NCBI GenBank assembly: GCA_963667565.1
Contig: OY763415.1
Coordinates: forward strand, 768,001 to 832,000
Length of the DNA: 64,000 bases
Source: Acholeplasmataceae bacterium
Lineage (GTDB): Bacteria; Bacillota_I; Bacilli_A; Acholeplasmatales; Acholeplasmataceae
Reading direction: 5' to 3'
How positions within the stretch are numbered: the stretch's first letter is position 1; every line of letters begins with the position of its first letter. A program made the position numbers and the translations under genes. Below the pieces are notes generated by a model. The model saw only the letters and a list, made by a program, of their open reading frames with translations, ran no database searches and was not told the DNA's origin. Positions 8,817-19,335 of this stretch are shown here, piece by piece.

Positions 8817-10196
8817 TTATACTTCTAATGTATATCTATGGATTGTTCTCATCTCACTATTTAATAAGAATATACTTAAGAATCCAGTAAGAAAATCAGC
8901 CGCACCAAACGCTATCCAAATACCAACCATCCCCCAAAGTGAAGAGAAAATATACACAAGTGGTATAAAGAATAACACTTGTCTAGAAATAGTTACTACC
9001 ATTGCCCTTAATGGATATCCAAAAGATTGGAAAATTGATGAGGCAACAATTTGGAAACCAACGAGTGTAAAGCCAAAGGAAAGCAACCTAAACGCTTGCG
9101 CACCTAAATTTATAAAATTTGTATCATTTGATTCACTAAAAGCAACAAATATATAAGGTGATACGAAATAGACGAAGACAAAACCTAAAATAAAGTAAAT
9201 GATGACAATCGTAGTGGCAAATTTAATAACATCTTTAAGTCTTTGATAATTTTTAGCACCAAAATTGAAACTTACAATAGGTACGAGTCCTTGAACAATA
9301 CCAAACGATGGTAAGAATACAAAATTAATAACCCTATTGATGACACCATAAATTGATTGATAAGTCGTAATCAATTCATCACTTCCCGCATATTGTGCGA
9401 TTAATCTGAATATGATGATAGTGATAATCGCACCTGTTGCATTTCTTAAAAATGTAGGAAATCCAACACTTAGTGATTCCCACACTAGCTTAAAATCTAA
9501 TGTGAAAAAATGATTAAAGTGTACATTTAAGTTTGATTTTTTCCCATATGCTTGAAAGAAAATGAAAATAAAGGATGAAAACTGTGCAATGACAGTTGCT
9601 ATTGCAGCACCTTTAACACCCATTCCAAAAGCAAAAATAAATATAGGGTCTAATATAATATTTAAACCAGCACCAATCATAAGTGCATACATAGATACAA
9701 CAGCTCGACCTTCAGCTCTTGTGAGATTGTTTAATACCATAGAAAGTGTCATCGGTACTAAGCCAATCAATATAATAGAAAGATAATCTATACCATATTG
9801 GAAATTACTCGAAGTTGCACCAAAAAATGATAAAAGCGGTGTTAAGAAAATATATCCTAAAACTGCAAATATGATCGCAATGATGATATCAGTCTTAATA
9901 GCTGAATTCACCATTAAATCCATAGTTTTATAGTCTTTTTTACCAAATGCTCTAGAATAGACTGATGCACTACCAACACCAATCATAAGTCCTACAGCCA
10001 TTAAAATCATTTGAACTGGAAATGCAAAGGCTAATCCACCGATAGCATCTTCTCCTGCACCACGTGCAACAAAAAAAGTATCTACAATATTATAAAGAGC
10101 GTTAATAAGCATCCCCATCATTGCAGGAATTGATAATTTGATTAGCAATTTTTTTACATTCATAGTGCCTAACATTTTTTCTCTGTCATTGTTCAT
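8817..10196 (-). CDS. MATE family efflux transporter (MepA-like)
   Basis: LYNIVDTFFV, NIILDPIFIF and GV.GAAIATVIAQ motifs. Confidence 0.92.
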   Translation of the reverse strand: MNNDREKMLGTMNVKKLLIKLSIPAMMGMLINALYNIVDTFFVARGAGEDAIGGLAFAFPVQMILMAVGLMIGVGSASVYSRAFGKKDYKTMDLMVNSAIKTDIIIAIIFAVLGYIFLTPLLSFFGATSSNFQYGIDYLSIILIGLVPMTLSMVLNNLTRAEGRAVVSMYALMIGAGLNIILDPIFIFAFGMGVKGAAIATVIAQFSSFIFIFFQAYGKKSNLNVHFNHFFTLDFKLVWESLSVGFPTFLRNATGAIITIIIFRLIAQYAGSDELITTYQSIYGVINRVINFVFLPSFGIVQGLVPIVSFNFGAKNYQRLKDVIKFATTIVIIYFILGFVFVYFVSPYIFVAFSESNDTNFINLGAQAFRLLSFGFTLVGFQIVASSIFQSFGYPLRAMVVTISRQVLFFIPLVYIFSSLWGMVGIWIAFGAADFLTGFLSIFLLNSEMRTIHRYTLEV

Positions 10197-10262
10197 AAAA
10201 AATTACTCCTATTCGTTGATTTATTATAACACATTTTATACATTATGCCCGGTTCTTTTACG

Positions 10263-10396
10263 CTCTATAAAAATTACTCCACAAAAAGGGTAAATTCTAC
10301 AAATTGCTACGAAATTTCAAATATTTATACTAAAAATAACATAAATACGACTTTTTGTAGAGCATTAGTATCTTTTATAGAGTAATTTTTGTAGAA
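10263..10396. promoter_or_regulatory. Operator-like array of YTCTACAAAA-type motifs in both orientations
   Basis: About 7 degenerate copies; 10263-10286 and 10373-10396 form an inverted repeat with about 20/24 matches. Confidence 0.5.
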
Positions 10397-10443
10397 TTTA
10401 AGATATAATATAGTTAATTCAGTAGAGAATTATAGGTGATTTT

Positions 10444-12675
10444 ATGGAATTTATTAAAACAATCATATCAAGCAGACGAAAAATGCTCAATATGACACAA
10501 AAAGAGTTAGCTGATAAATTAAACGTTTCAGATAAACTTGTAAGCAAATGGGAACATGGTGGAAGTTATCCAGACCTTTCCATTATTGATAATTTAGCCA
10601 AACATTTAGAAATCGATGTTTTAGATTTATTAGGATATACAAACTATAATGTCAAAGGTGATGATGATCCTAATTGTAACCGTCAATTTGATGAACTTAC
10701 TAGAAAACAAGGTGCATTATATTCAATTATTTCTTCTATTTCAAGCAGTTTTGCTAGTATGACTGTCAATAATTATGATGAAACAATCAATCATGCACTT
10801 AAAACTTTAGGTGAATTTGTTAAGGCAGATCGTGTCTATATTTTCGCATATGATTTTGATAAGGGTATTACTTATAATACATATGAGTGGTGTTCTTCTG
10901 GTATTCTTCCAGTCATTGATGATCTTCAAGATGTACCACTAGATGCAGTTCCAGACTGGGTGAATACACATTCAAAGGGTGAAACATTATATATCTCTAA
11001 TGTATTAGAACTTAAAAAAGATGATCCTCTTAGAGATATTTTAGAACCACAAGGCATCAAGAGTTTGTTAACCATACCGATGTTTAGTGAAAATAAATTA
11101 ACTGGCTTCCTTGGTTTTGACTCTGTTAAAGAATTTAGACATTATAATGATTTTGAACGTAGTGCTCTTTTTGAATTTTCATATATTTTAATCAGCGCGA
11201 TTATGCGTATCGCATTAGAAAAAGATTTTGAGAATGAAAATTTAAAAACTCAATATATTTTAAGATCATCTAATATTGCTGCTTGGGAATGGCACATTGA
11301 TACAAATGAACTCATTGTCAATGATGTTTGGGCAGAATTATTAGGATATACTAAGGAAGAATTAGAACCTTTCTCATTAGATACTTGGACTTCAAAGACT
11401 AATCCATTAGATTTAGAAGTTGCAAAATCTTTATTAGACAAAGTACTTAATAAAGAAATTCCTGAATATAATTGCGAAATTAGACTCATCCATAAGGATG
11501 GACATGAACTTTGGGTAAGAGACACAGGTAAAGTTATTACTTGGGATGGAGATAAACCCTTAGTGATGATTGGTACATATATTGATATAAGTGAAATTAA
11601 ACGCAGAGAAGAGTTTAATCGAGTCATTAAACATACGATTGATTTTGCACCAATCTCAATATTGATTGCAGATAAACACATGAAGACAGAATTTGTCAAT
11701 AAAGGTTTTGAAACAATGACTGGTTTAATTGGTAAAGACATTATTGGTAAATCACCTGATAAAATACTTAAATCTCCATTTAAAGATGATGATTACTATG
11801 TAAACATTAGAAATCATATACAAAATGGTGAAACATTTAGTGATGTCATTAAATCTATGCGTGCAAATGGTGAAGTATACTGGCAAAGCATGGAAATCAA
11901 GCCAATCACAAATGAAGATAACGAAATCATAAACTACATTACCATTACACACGATGTCTCAAAAGATATTAATCGTGAAAATGAAAATAAAATCTATAAA
12001 GAAAAACTTGAAGATGAACTCAGACTAAAACATCAAGAATTAGATGAAGTTTATAGGGCTTCAGTTTATTCACTTGCTAAGTTAACTGAATCTAGAGATT
12101 ATAATACAGGTTCACATACACTTAGAGTTCAACACTTATGTAAGTTGTTAGCAACTGAACTTCAAACAAAACCTCATTTTTCTGATGAAATCAATCCAAG
12201 CTTTATTAACCATATCTTTAATGCTTCTGCACTACATGATATTGGTAAAATCAAAGTTCCAGATGCTATCTTGCTAAAACCTGGAGCGCTTACTGATGAA
12301 GAACGTAAAATTATGATGCAACATGTTAAATATGGTTCTGATACCTTATTAGAACTTGTTAGACAATTCCCAAGTAACCCTATCATTTCTATGGCAGTTA
12401 ACATCGCAAAATACCATCATGAAAAATGGAACGGTACAGGATATCTTGAGGGTTTATCTGGTTTAGAAATTCCACTTTCAGCAAGAATTATGACAATTGT
12501 CGATGTTTATGATGCTCTAAGATCAGAAAGACCTTATAAACCGGCATTCTCTCATAAAAAAGCATGTGATATTATTATCTCTGAATCTGGTACATCTTTT
12601 GATCCAGCTATTGTTGAAGTATTTATGCAAATTCATGCTCAAGTTGATATGATTTATCAATCACTTATAAACTAA
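10444..12675 (+). CDS. XRE-HTH / GAF / PAS / PAS / HD-GYP phosphodiesterase fusion
   Basis: MTQKELA...VSKWE.G...PD HTH; DRVYIF GAF domain; two PAS domains; HDIGK, HHEKWNGTGYL and DVYDAL...RPYK motifs. Confidence 0.9.
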   Translation: MEFIKTIISSRRKMLNMTQKELADKLNVSDKLVSKWEHGGSYPDLSIIDNLAKHLEIDVLDLLGYTNYNVKGDDDPNCNRQFDELTRKQGALYSIISSISSSFASMTVNNYDETINHALKTLGEFVKADRVYIFAYDFDKGITYNTYEWCSSGILPVIDDLQDVPLDAVPDWVNTHSKGETLYISNVLELKKDDPLRDILEPQGIKSLLTIPMFSENKLTGFLGFDSVKEFRHYNDFERSALFEFSYILISAIMRIALEKDFENENLKTQYILRSSNIAAWEWHIDTNELIVNDVWAELLGYTKEELEPFSLDTWTSKTNPLDLEVAKSLLDKVLNKEIPEYNCEIRLIHKDGHELWVRDTGKVITWDGDKPLVMIGTYIDISEIKRREEFNRVIKHTIDFAPISILIADKHMKTEFVNKGFETMTGLIGKDIIGKSPDKILKSPFKDDDYYVNIRNHIQNGETFSDVIKSMRANGEVYWQSMEIKPITNEDNEIINYITITHDVSKDINRENENKIYKEKLEDELRLKHQELDEVYRASVYSLAKLTESRDYNTGSHTLRVQHLCKLLATELQTKPHFSDEINPSFINHIFNASALHDIGKIKVPDAILLKPGALTDEERKIMMQHVKYGSDTLLELVRQFPSNPIISMAVNIAKYHHEKWNGTGYLEGLSGLEIPLSARIMTIVDVYDALRSERPYKPAFSHKKACDIIISESGTSFDPAIVEVFMQIHAQVDMIYQSLIN

Positions 12676-12688
12676 TCGAGGTAAATTC

Positions 12689-12778
12689 ATGAACGCTACT
12701 ATTGGGATTATCATCATTGTTATTTTAGTTATTATTATTGCTATTGCTGCACCTGGTAAAGAATATTTGGATGATTAA
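12689..12778 (+). CDS. Unannotated 29-aa single-TM microprotein (MNATIGIIIIVILVIIIAIAAPGKEYLDD)
   Basis: GAGGT RBS just after the HD-GYP stop; hydrophobic helix; terminator hairpin follows at 12785-12808. Confidence 0.6.
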   Translation: MNATIGIIIIVILVIIIAIAAPGKEYLDD

Positions 12779-12821
12779 TAAAAAAAAGCGAATGTTATTA
12801 TTCGCTTTATTTATATTCTCA

Positions 12822-12896
12822 TGGTGGAGTTACTGGGGATTGAACCCAGGACCCCTTGCACGTCAAGCAAGTGCTCTCCCGCTGAGCTATAACTCC
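12822..12896 (-). tRNA. tRNA-Val(GAC)
   Basis: GGAGTTA acceptor stem, anticodon arm CTTGC-TTGACGT-GCAAG, GTTCAATCC, encoded CCA. Confidence 0.97.
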
Positions 12897-12951
12897 ATGT
12901 ATAAATATTATAACATAAAAATATAAAAGCAATCCAAATGGATTGCTCTTT

Positions 12952-13518
12952 TTATTTACCAATTCTTCGCCATGGTGTAACAAATCCATTTTGTATGAGA
13001 GATACTTCATGTGCAACAACTAAAGCCGTTGGCTCTATTGTTGTAATTAAATCTATAATGATGTCTTTATTTTTTCTATTCGCATATATAATAAGCAATT
13101 GTCTATTGTCATCTTTTCCATGAGCATCAAGTGTTGTGGCACCATATCCGTGTTCTCTTAATCCCTTAACAATAGCGTTTCCTGATGTTTCTGAAGCAAT
13201 GGCATGAATCTCAACTTTACCGACTGCAAGATGTGATTCAAGCATTGAACCAATATAAATTCCTGCAACAAATCCTATACTGTAAATAACACCTTTTATT
13301 GGTGTTTCAGTCACACCACTAATCACTGTGGATGCAACAAAAACCCATAACATGATTTCAAAAAACGCTAAAATTGTACCTGGTTTACGATAACCTTTAG
13401 TTATTAAAATGACTCGCATTGTCCCAATTGTTACTTCAATGATTTTAGCAAAAAATATAAATGCTAGTTCCCAAAAAGGTACTGCAGTAAAAAAATCTGA
13501 TATGACACTTAAAACCAT
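12952..13518 (-). CDS. UPF0316 (DUF2179/DUF5698) membrane protein
   Basis: FFAKIIEVTIGTMR, FFE...W, G...G.YIG and GYGAT motifs. Confidence 0.8.
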   Translation of the reverse strand: MVLSVISDFFTAVPFWELAFIFFAKIIEVTIGTMRVILITKGYRKPGTILAFFEIMLWVFVASTVISGVTETPIKGVIYSIGFVAGIYIGSMLESHLAVGKVEIHAIASETSGNAIVKGLREHGYGATTLDAHGKDDNRQLLIIYANRKNKDIIIDLITTIEPTALVVAHEVSLIQNGFVTPWRRIGK

Positions 13519-13531
13519 AACTAATTCCCCT

Positions 13532-14491
13532 TTATTTTTTCATGAGTGATGAATATTGTGGTACCTTTTGTTCTGGATGCAATTCAAAGTTAATCTCACC
13601 CATTGCAGTGACCACTTCACCAAAACCTGATGTAATCATTTTTTGTTTACCTGGATATATGACACCATTTCCACAAGCAAATATTCCATCAACAGATGTT
13701 TGCATTTTTGAGTTAACAATGATCGCACCATGTTCTGTTTCAATTAACCAATCTTCGTATACCGATTTTGATTGAATGAGTCCGAAAAACGCCAATATTT
13801 CATCAATATCTAATTTAATTTTTTCCTTAGTTTCAACATGTTCTAACGTTATATTTTTAATCAAATTATCTTCACTTACTTCTTCGCATAGTATATATGG
13901 TGTTAATATTTTACCACCTTTTGATTCAAATAAATCAATAGATCCAAGATGGGCTCTAAATTCATTTCTGCGATGAACAACATAAACTTCGCTTGCAACT
14001 TCTAAGATGTGATTTGCCCAGTCAATAGCTGAATCTCCACCACCAAAAACAAGAACCTTTTTATCAATATATTGATCAAGCGATTCAACATTATATTTTA
14101 AATTATTTGCTTTTACACCTTCCACAAGGCGTGGTGTAAACTTACCGCCACCATGTGTCATTAGTATCTTTTTTGTGTGATATGAAGCTATATTCGTTGT
14201 AACAACAAAGAAATTTTGTTCTTTTTCAATTTTTTCGACAGTTTCATTTAAATGAAGAGGAATATCATTTTCATATGTTTTATATTGTTCAAAAAGAGCA
14301 TCTAATAATTCACTTGCTTTAATTTCTAGAAATCCAGGAATATCATAAATTGCTTTTTCTAAGTATAGATTAAGTTGTCCACCAACGGTTTGAGCTGATT
14401 CTAAAATGATTGAATCAATTTTACGCAAACCTGCTAAAAATCCTGCATAAAGTCCAACTGGACCAGATCCTATGATGATTAATTCTTTCAC
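13532..14491 (-). CDS. Ferredoxin-NADP+ reductase, TrxB/YumC-like
   Basis: GSGPVGLY, GGQL..Y.EK.IYDIPG, GGGDSAID and HRR motifs; no CxxC. Confidence 0.85.
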   Translation of the reverse strand: MKELIIIGSGPVGLYAGFLAGLRKIDSIILESAQTVGGQLNLYLEKAIYDIPGFLEIKASELLDALFEQYKTYENDIPLHLNETVEKIEKEQNFFVVTTNIASYHTKKILMTHGGGKFTPRLVEGVKANNLKYNVESLDQYIDKKVLVFGGGDSAIDWANHILEVASEVYVVHRRNEFRAHLGSIDLFESKGGKILTPYILCEEVSEDNLIKNITLEHVETKEKIKLDIDEILAFFGLIQSKSVYEDWLIETEHGAIIVNSKMQTSVDGIFACGNGVIYPGKQKMITSGFGEVVTAMGEINFELHPEQKVPQYSSLMKK

Positions 14492-14585
14492 GTTGTATTA
14501 CCTGCTTTATCATATATAAATCATTTTATCATATTATATATGATATATATCAATAAAAAAGAGCAGATTATTCTGCTCTTATTCT

Positions 14586-16532
14586 CTAATAATATAATCG
14601 CTGTGATACAGCCATGGTGTTTAAATCAAAGACGACAATTTCAGTTCTAGAAAATGTGTAAATTTTATTTTCTATTTCCACACCTCGATCAATTTTATTG
14701 TAATTGATTGTTTGGTCATGTGTAATAATAATAGGATTTCCTAAAACATTTGTATTAGAAAAATCAATATTGAAAATAAAGTAATAGGCTTCATAAGTAT
14801 AATAATTTGTTTCATAGTCATAAATATATGCAGACATTGGGAATGCAAAAATATTTTTATCTACATTAATGAGTAATGCTTTAGGGTTATATATAGCTTC
14901 ACTGTAATTAAATTGATAGTACTGATCTGATTCATCAAAAACAAAACTACTTAGTGGTTCTGTCAAGTTTGTATCATAAGCACTCAATTTAAGAGTTGTC
15001 ACAAATCCTTGCTCATCAGCATCAAAACCAAATCCAACTAAATGATTATCTTGATCCCATACATGTAAATAAGTAGAATACCCATTTTCAATGATGGGAC
15101 TTGATTCAATTTCCGGTTGACTTGGGTTTGATAAGTCAATTGTATATAATGGATCATGCGTTTCAAATGTCACTATTTGTGCAATCTCACCATTAAATCT
15201 TACTGATTTGACTGTTTCATTTGCTAATCCAATACCTTCATCAACAAGCGATAATACATTTAATTTATCAATATTTGGATCTTCAACAAATACATATAGT
15301 CTGTTTTTTCCTAGCCAATCAGTTGTTACTAATCTAAAATAACCATCATATTCATCCATCCAGTACTGACTTTCAATATATCCTTCAAAACTTCCTGTTG
15401 CCACATATTTAAGTGATAAGTCTTCTTGAATACTAAATTTAAGTACGTGAGCATAAGTAAACCAATTGCCTTCTGCTTCATCATATCCATAAAAATATGA
15501 AATCATATAAAAACTTTCTTGTGTTGCATACAGCGTATAAAATTGAACCATAAATGCTTGTGCATCAAAAGTTAAATCATCTAGACGAAGTGAGGTAATT
15601 ACCATCATTGAATTTGTCATTTCTTGTTCAAAATAAAACATTTGATCGTATGATAAATATGAAGTTGTTTCTATACTATCTTTATTAATAATATATTCTG
15701 GTCGATATTCTTCAGTATTTTGGTAAATATATTTTTGTGAGAATAGATATAATACATCTCCAATAAGACGATAGTCATAAAAATGAGAATCTGTTGTTAG
15801 TTCATATGTCAAACCCATATTTTCTTTATCAAACACTTTCACTGATGCTGTGTCATTGACATAAAACCAACTACAATAAAACTCATCAGTTGTAATTGCC
15901 TGACTTTGATATATGTAACCAATAAGAATGACTTGAGTATCAGTAATAAACATGCCTTCAATATAAAAATCATTTAAATTGATGGTTTGTTCTAAAATGA
16001 TTTCACCTTGATCATCAACACTAAAGACTAAAAGTTCATTTTGATATCTAGGTGCATAATAAATATGATATCCATCAGTCTTAATCACATCAGATTCATC
16101 TACACCTTCGACTTGTACGTTTGTTTCAGTATAGGATCTTGTATCGTTAGATCCATCAAGTGCTGCATCGGTTTCTGGAGCACCTACTGAATCTTCATAT
16201 AGATAATTTTGATAACCGTTATATGATGTTAATAAAGCACTTAATTCATCATGTGAACCAATATTTTTCGCATCAATATATGTTTTATTTGCAATAAGCC
16301 CAGTATTTTGTCCTAAAGTCATAAAAACAGCAGCAACTACAAATAAACCTAAAACAGCTTGATATACATTTTTAAATATCATTTGATATGAGATGTTTAC
16401 GATAGGTTCACCTACAGTTTTTTTAAACTTGTTAAGTCTTTTTTGCCATACCATTTCAATTACTAATTTAAATCCATAGAATAATGATAAAAATGCAAAT
16501 ATCCCTACAATAATCCATTTAATCGTTGTCAT
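14586..16532 (-). CDS. Membrane-anchored beta-propeller domain protein
   Basis: TNVQVEGVDESDVIKTDG, MDEYDGYFR, DPLY.IDLS.P and GYSTYLH motifs. Confidence 0.85.
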   Translation of the reverse strand: MTTIKWIIVGIFAFLSLFYGFKLVIEMVWQKRLNKFKKTVGEPIVNISYQMIFKNVYQAVLGLFVVAAVFMTLGQNTGLIANKTYIDAKNIGSHDELSALLTSYNGYQNYLYEDSVGAPETDAALDGSNDTRSYTETNVQVEGVDESDVIKTDGYHIYYAPRYQNELLVFSVDDQGEIILEQTINLNDFYIEGMFITDTQVILIGYIYQSQAITTDEFYCSWFYVNDTASVKVFDKENMGLTYELTTDSHFYDYRLIGDVLYLFSQKYIYQNTEEYRPEYIINKDSIETTSYLSYDQMFYFEQEMTNSMMVITSLRLDDLTFDAQAFMVQFYTLYATQESFYMISYFYGYDEAEGNWFTYAHVLKFSIQEDLSLKYVATGSFEGYIESQYWMDEYDGYFRLVTTDWLGKNRLYVFVEDPNIDKLNVLSLVDEGIGLANETVKSVRFNGEIAQIVTFETHDPLYTIDLSNPSQPEIESSPIIENGYSTYLHVWDQDNHLVGFGFDADEQGFVTTLKLSAYDTNLTEPLSSFVFDESDQYYQFNYSEAIYNPKALLINVDKNIFAFPMSAYIYDYETNYYTYEAYYFIFNIDFSNTNVLGNPIIITHDQTINYNKIDRGVEIENKIYTFSRTEIVVFDLNTMAVSQRLYY

Positions 16533-16548
16533 AAAAAGTTTCCTCCTA

Positions 16549-17058
16549 TTAAATGCCTAAGGCATGTTTAAATTTCGAAACATAGGAACGCGAAACATAA
16601 ACTAACTTGCCATTGGTTAACTCAATTTCTAGTTTTGCATTATATGCTAATCTAATGTATTTGATTTTTCTTAAGTTAACGATAAATGATTTCCCAATTC
16701 TTACAAATTGATAAGGTTCCAATAATTGCTCGATTTGATAAAGTGGTTGTTTGATCAATTCTTTTTGACCATGAATCATATGCATATCAACTTCATCCTT
16801 AAATGATTCAAGGTATGCGATTTTATGAATATGAATTTGAATCCAACCATCAGTCGTTTGAAAAACCATTTGAGCTTTTTCAAATTCAATTTCTTTTAAA
16901 ATTGGTTTAATGTGATCAATATCGTTATCTTCACACATGATACCAATAAAGCCTTCTTCTAATCCATCTTTAGCTGAAATAAGTTTAAAAGAAGATTTTT
17001 CTAAAATTGATTTTGTTAGTTGTTTATGTTTTTCTTGATCCCAAATCACTTTGAACAT
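16549..17058 (-). CDS. LytTR DNA-binding regulator without a receiver domain
   Basis: FVRIGKSFIVNL and VSRSY motifs; start MFKVIW after GGAGG. Confidence 0.88.
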   Translation of the reverse strand: MFKVIWDQEKHKQLTKSILEKSSFKLISAKDGLEEGFIGIMCEDNDIDHIKPILKEIEFEKAQMVFQTTDGWIQIHIHKIAYLESFKDEVDMHMIHGQKELIKQPLYQIEQLLEPYQFVRIGKSFIVNLRKIKYIRLAYNAKLEIELTNGKLVYVSRSYVSKFKHALGI

Positions 17059-17170
17059 AAACGTTCCTCCTGGTTTCATTTTATGAAATAACATATCATG
17101 AATCTATCATTAAAAGATAAGATGCAACATATGGTGATAACTTACATCTATTTTAACATAAAAAAAACGA

Positions 17171-18667
17171 CTATGAAGCCATAGCCGATTTCTTTGGTTT
17201 ACTATTTTTAGGTCTTAAGTCATTGGTTATTCTTGCTATAGCAACAAAAATAACATAAAATTCAAGTCTTCCTAAGAACATACCTAGTGTTGAAGTCCAT
17301 AAAATACCATTTGGTGCATCATATCCTGTAATTCCAACAGATAGACCAACAGTACCTAATGCAGATGAGAATTCAAACAATGCATTTGTAATATTATAAC
17401 CATATGCCGTAAATATAAGTGTCCCTAATACTAATGCAATCATATAAACCATTAAAAATGAATGGTTTTGAATGATTTCTTCTTTTGAAACAATCGTTCT
17501 TGTTCCTATTTTAGAAATAAAACGTGTTCTAATTGTTTTATGATGAGATAATTGTTCTCTAATATTCCACCAAATACTCTTAAATGCCAATGCTACTCTA
17601 TATTGCTTCATACCACCGGCAGTTGAACCCATACCAGCACCTAAAACCATTGCAATAATTAAAATACTAATAAAGAGTGAAGGTAATGTCGTAAATGTCT
17701 CTACTGTTTGATAACCAGTACCTGTAATCGCTGAGAAAAATTGGAATGTTGATATACGAAGTGACATCCAAAATCCATCACTATAATTTGTATAATAATT
17801 AATGGTTAATAAAGGTAAAAAGATAAGTACAAGCAATCCTAATAATTTGATCTCAACATGTCCGAAAACATTTTTAAGTTTCCCTCTAATTAAGAATAAG
17901 TGAACAAAGAAGTTTGTACCACCTAAAATCATTAAAACAATCGTTATAATTTCAATACCTAAACTGTTAAATGCACCGATGCTTCCTGCCTGAGTAGAAA
18001 ATCCACCAGTAGCAACCGCACATATAGAATGATTAAGTGCATCAAATGCTGACATATCAAAGATCATATATGCAAACATACCTATGAGAATATAACCTAC
18101 ATATATAGATAAAATAATACGTCCTGATTTAATTAAGTTAGGTACCAATTTATCACTATGCCCTTCAGCACTATATAAACGCATACCAAATTTATCAGAA
18201 ATAGCTGATGTTAACACTAAGACTAATCCTACACCACCTACAAATTGAAGTAAGCTTCTAAAAAGTAAATAGATGTGAGGTGTTTGTGTCACATCAATAA
18301 CAGTTAATCCAGTTGTTGAATAACCACTTGTTGTTTCAAATATAGCTTGAGTTAAATTATAGTGTCCGGTAAGCACAAAAGGCATCGCAGACACCATAAT
18401 CGCTAAAATCCATATACCGACAACCAATATCGCATCTTGTGAACGCTCTAATCTTCCTTTTTCACGTCCCCTAAATAAGAACATAATAAATAATCCAACT
18501 GCAATACTTGATAATGAAGGAATTAAAAATTCATCCATATAAGTGATTTCTTCTGGATAGAAAGGAATAATAAGTAGTGGTATTAATATAATAAGACCAA
18601 TCAATACTGCAAATATGCCTAAATAGTTAATAATAAGTGGATAACCTGAAGTTATTTTCTTTTCCAT
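17171..18667 (-). CDS. trkH: TrkH-family potassium uptake membrane protein
   Basis: Four pore motifs: FETTSGYSTTG, ATGGFS, TGTGY and SALGTVGLS. Confidence 0.93.
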   Translation of the reverse strand: MEKKITSGYPLIINYLGIFAVLIGLIILIPLLIIPFYPEEITYMDEFLIPSLSSIAVGLFIMFLFRGREKGRLERSQDAILVVGIWILAIMVSAMPFVLTGHYNLTQAIFETTSGYSTTGLTVIDVTQTPHIYLLFRSLLQFVGGVGLVLVLTSAISDKFGMRLYSAEGHSDKLVPNLIKSGRIILSIYVGYILIGMFAYMIFDMSAFDALNHSICAVATGGFSTQAGSIGAFNSLGIEIITIVLMILGGTNFFVHLFLIRGKLKNVFGHVEIKLLGLLVLIFLPLLTINYYTNYSDGFWMSLRISTFQFFSAITGTGYQTVETFTTLPSLFISILIIAMVLGAGMGSTAGGMKQYRVALAFKSIWWNIREQLSHHKTIRTRFISKIGTRTIVSKEEIIQNHSFLMVYMIALVLGTLIFTAYGYNITNALFEFSSALGTVGLSVGITGYDAPNGILWTSTLGMFLGRLEFYVIFVAIARITNDLRPKNSKPKKSAMAS

Positions 18668-18672
18668 ATGAA

Positions 18673-19335
18673 TTATCGTTTCTTTTGAATAAATTCAATC
18701 AGTTTTTCTTGTTCGTCAGGTGTTGTTACAATAATTAAATTATCATCAGGCATAATGACTGTTTTACCATTAGGGATAATGACATGAGGATCTCTAAAAA
18801 TACAACTAATATTCATGTTTTTTGGAAACTCAATATCCATAATCTGTTTTTCAACAATAGCGAAATCTTTTTTGATTGGTACTTCTAACATCACAATTTT
18901 TTCATCTTCAATAGAAAGTGTCTTAATAATATCTTCTACGGATGATTCATTTAAAATTGACTGTGCGATTAGGTATGTTGAACTGATTACAGAATCAATA
19001 CCTAATTTTTTAAATAGTTCAACGTTTTTAGGATTTTTCACCTTAGAAACTGTTTTTTTAATATTAAATAATTTTTTAGCATTCATACATGTAACATAAT
19101 TATCAGTATCATTGTCTGATAATGCTAATAATACATCTGCATTTTGTGCTTCTGCATCTTGTAATACATATGCTTTTGTTGGATCTCCAGGAAAGACTGC
19201 AATATCATTATTACTGCTTATGTACTCTGCAAATCCTTTATCATCATTGATAACAATAAGTTCATGGCGTTCTCTTTTAAGCATGCTAATGATATAATCT
19301 GACTCATGCTTTCCGCCAGTAATAACTATTTTCAT
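18673..19335 (-). CDS. trkA: TrkA-family RCK protein (N and C domains)
   Basis: Rossmann-like N domain (GDPT...L..A, D..N) plus TrkA-C (IPNG.TVI). Confidence 0.88.
   Translation of the reverse strand: MKIVITGGKHESDYIISMLKRERHELIVINDDKGFAEYISSNNDIAVFPGDPTKAYVLQDAEAQNADVLLALSDNDTDNYVTCMNAKKLFNIKKTVSKVKNPKNVELFKKLGIDSVISSTYLIAQSILNESSVEDIIKTLSIEDEKIVMLEVPIKKDFAIVEKQIMDIEFPKNMNISCIFRDPHVIIPNGKTVIMPDDNLIIVTTPDEQEKLIEFIQKKR

Noticed and set aside
12738..13123. ORFs 12738-12926, 12819-13019 and 12938-13123
   Set aside because: They overlap tRNA-Val or the end of a real gene and have no RBS or motifs.
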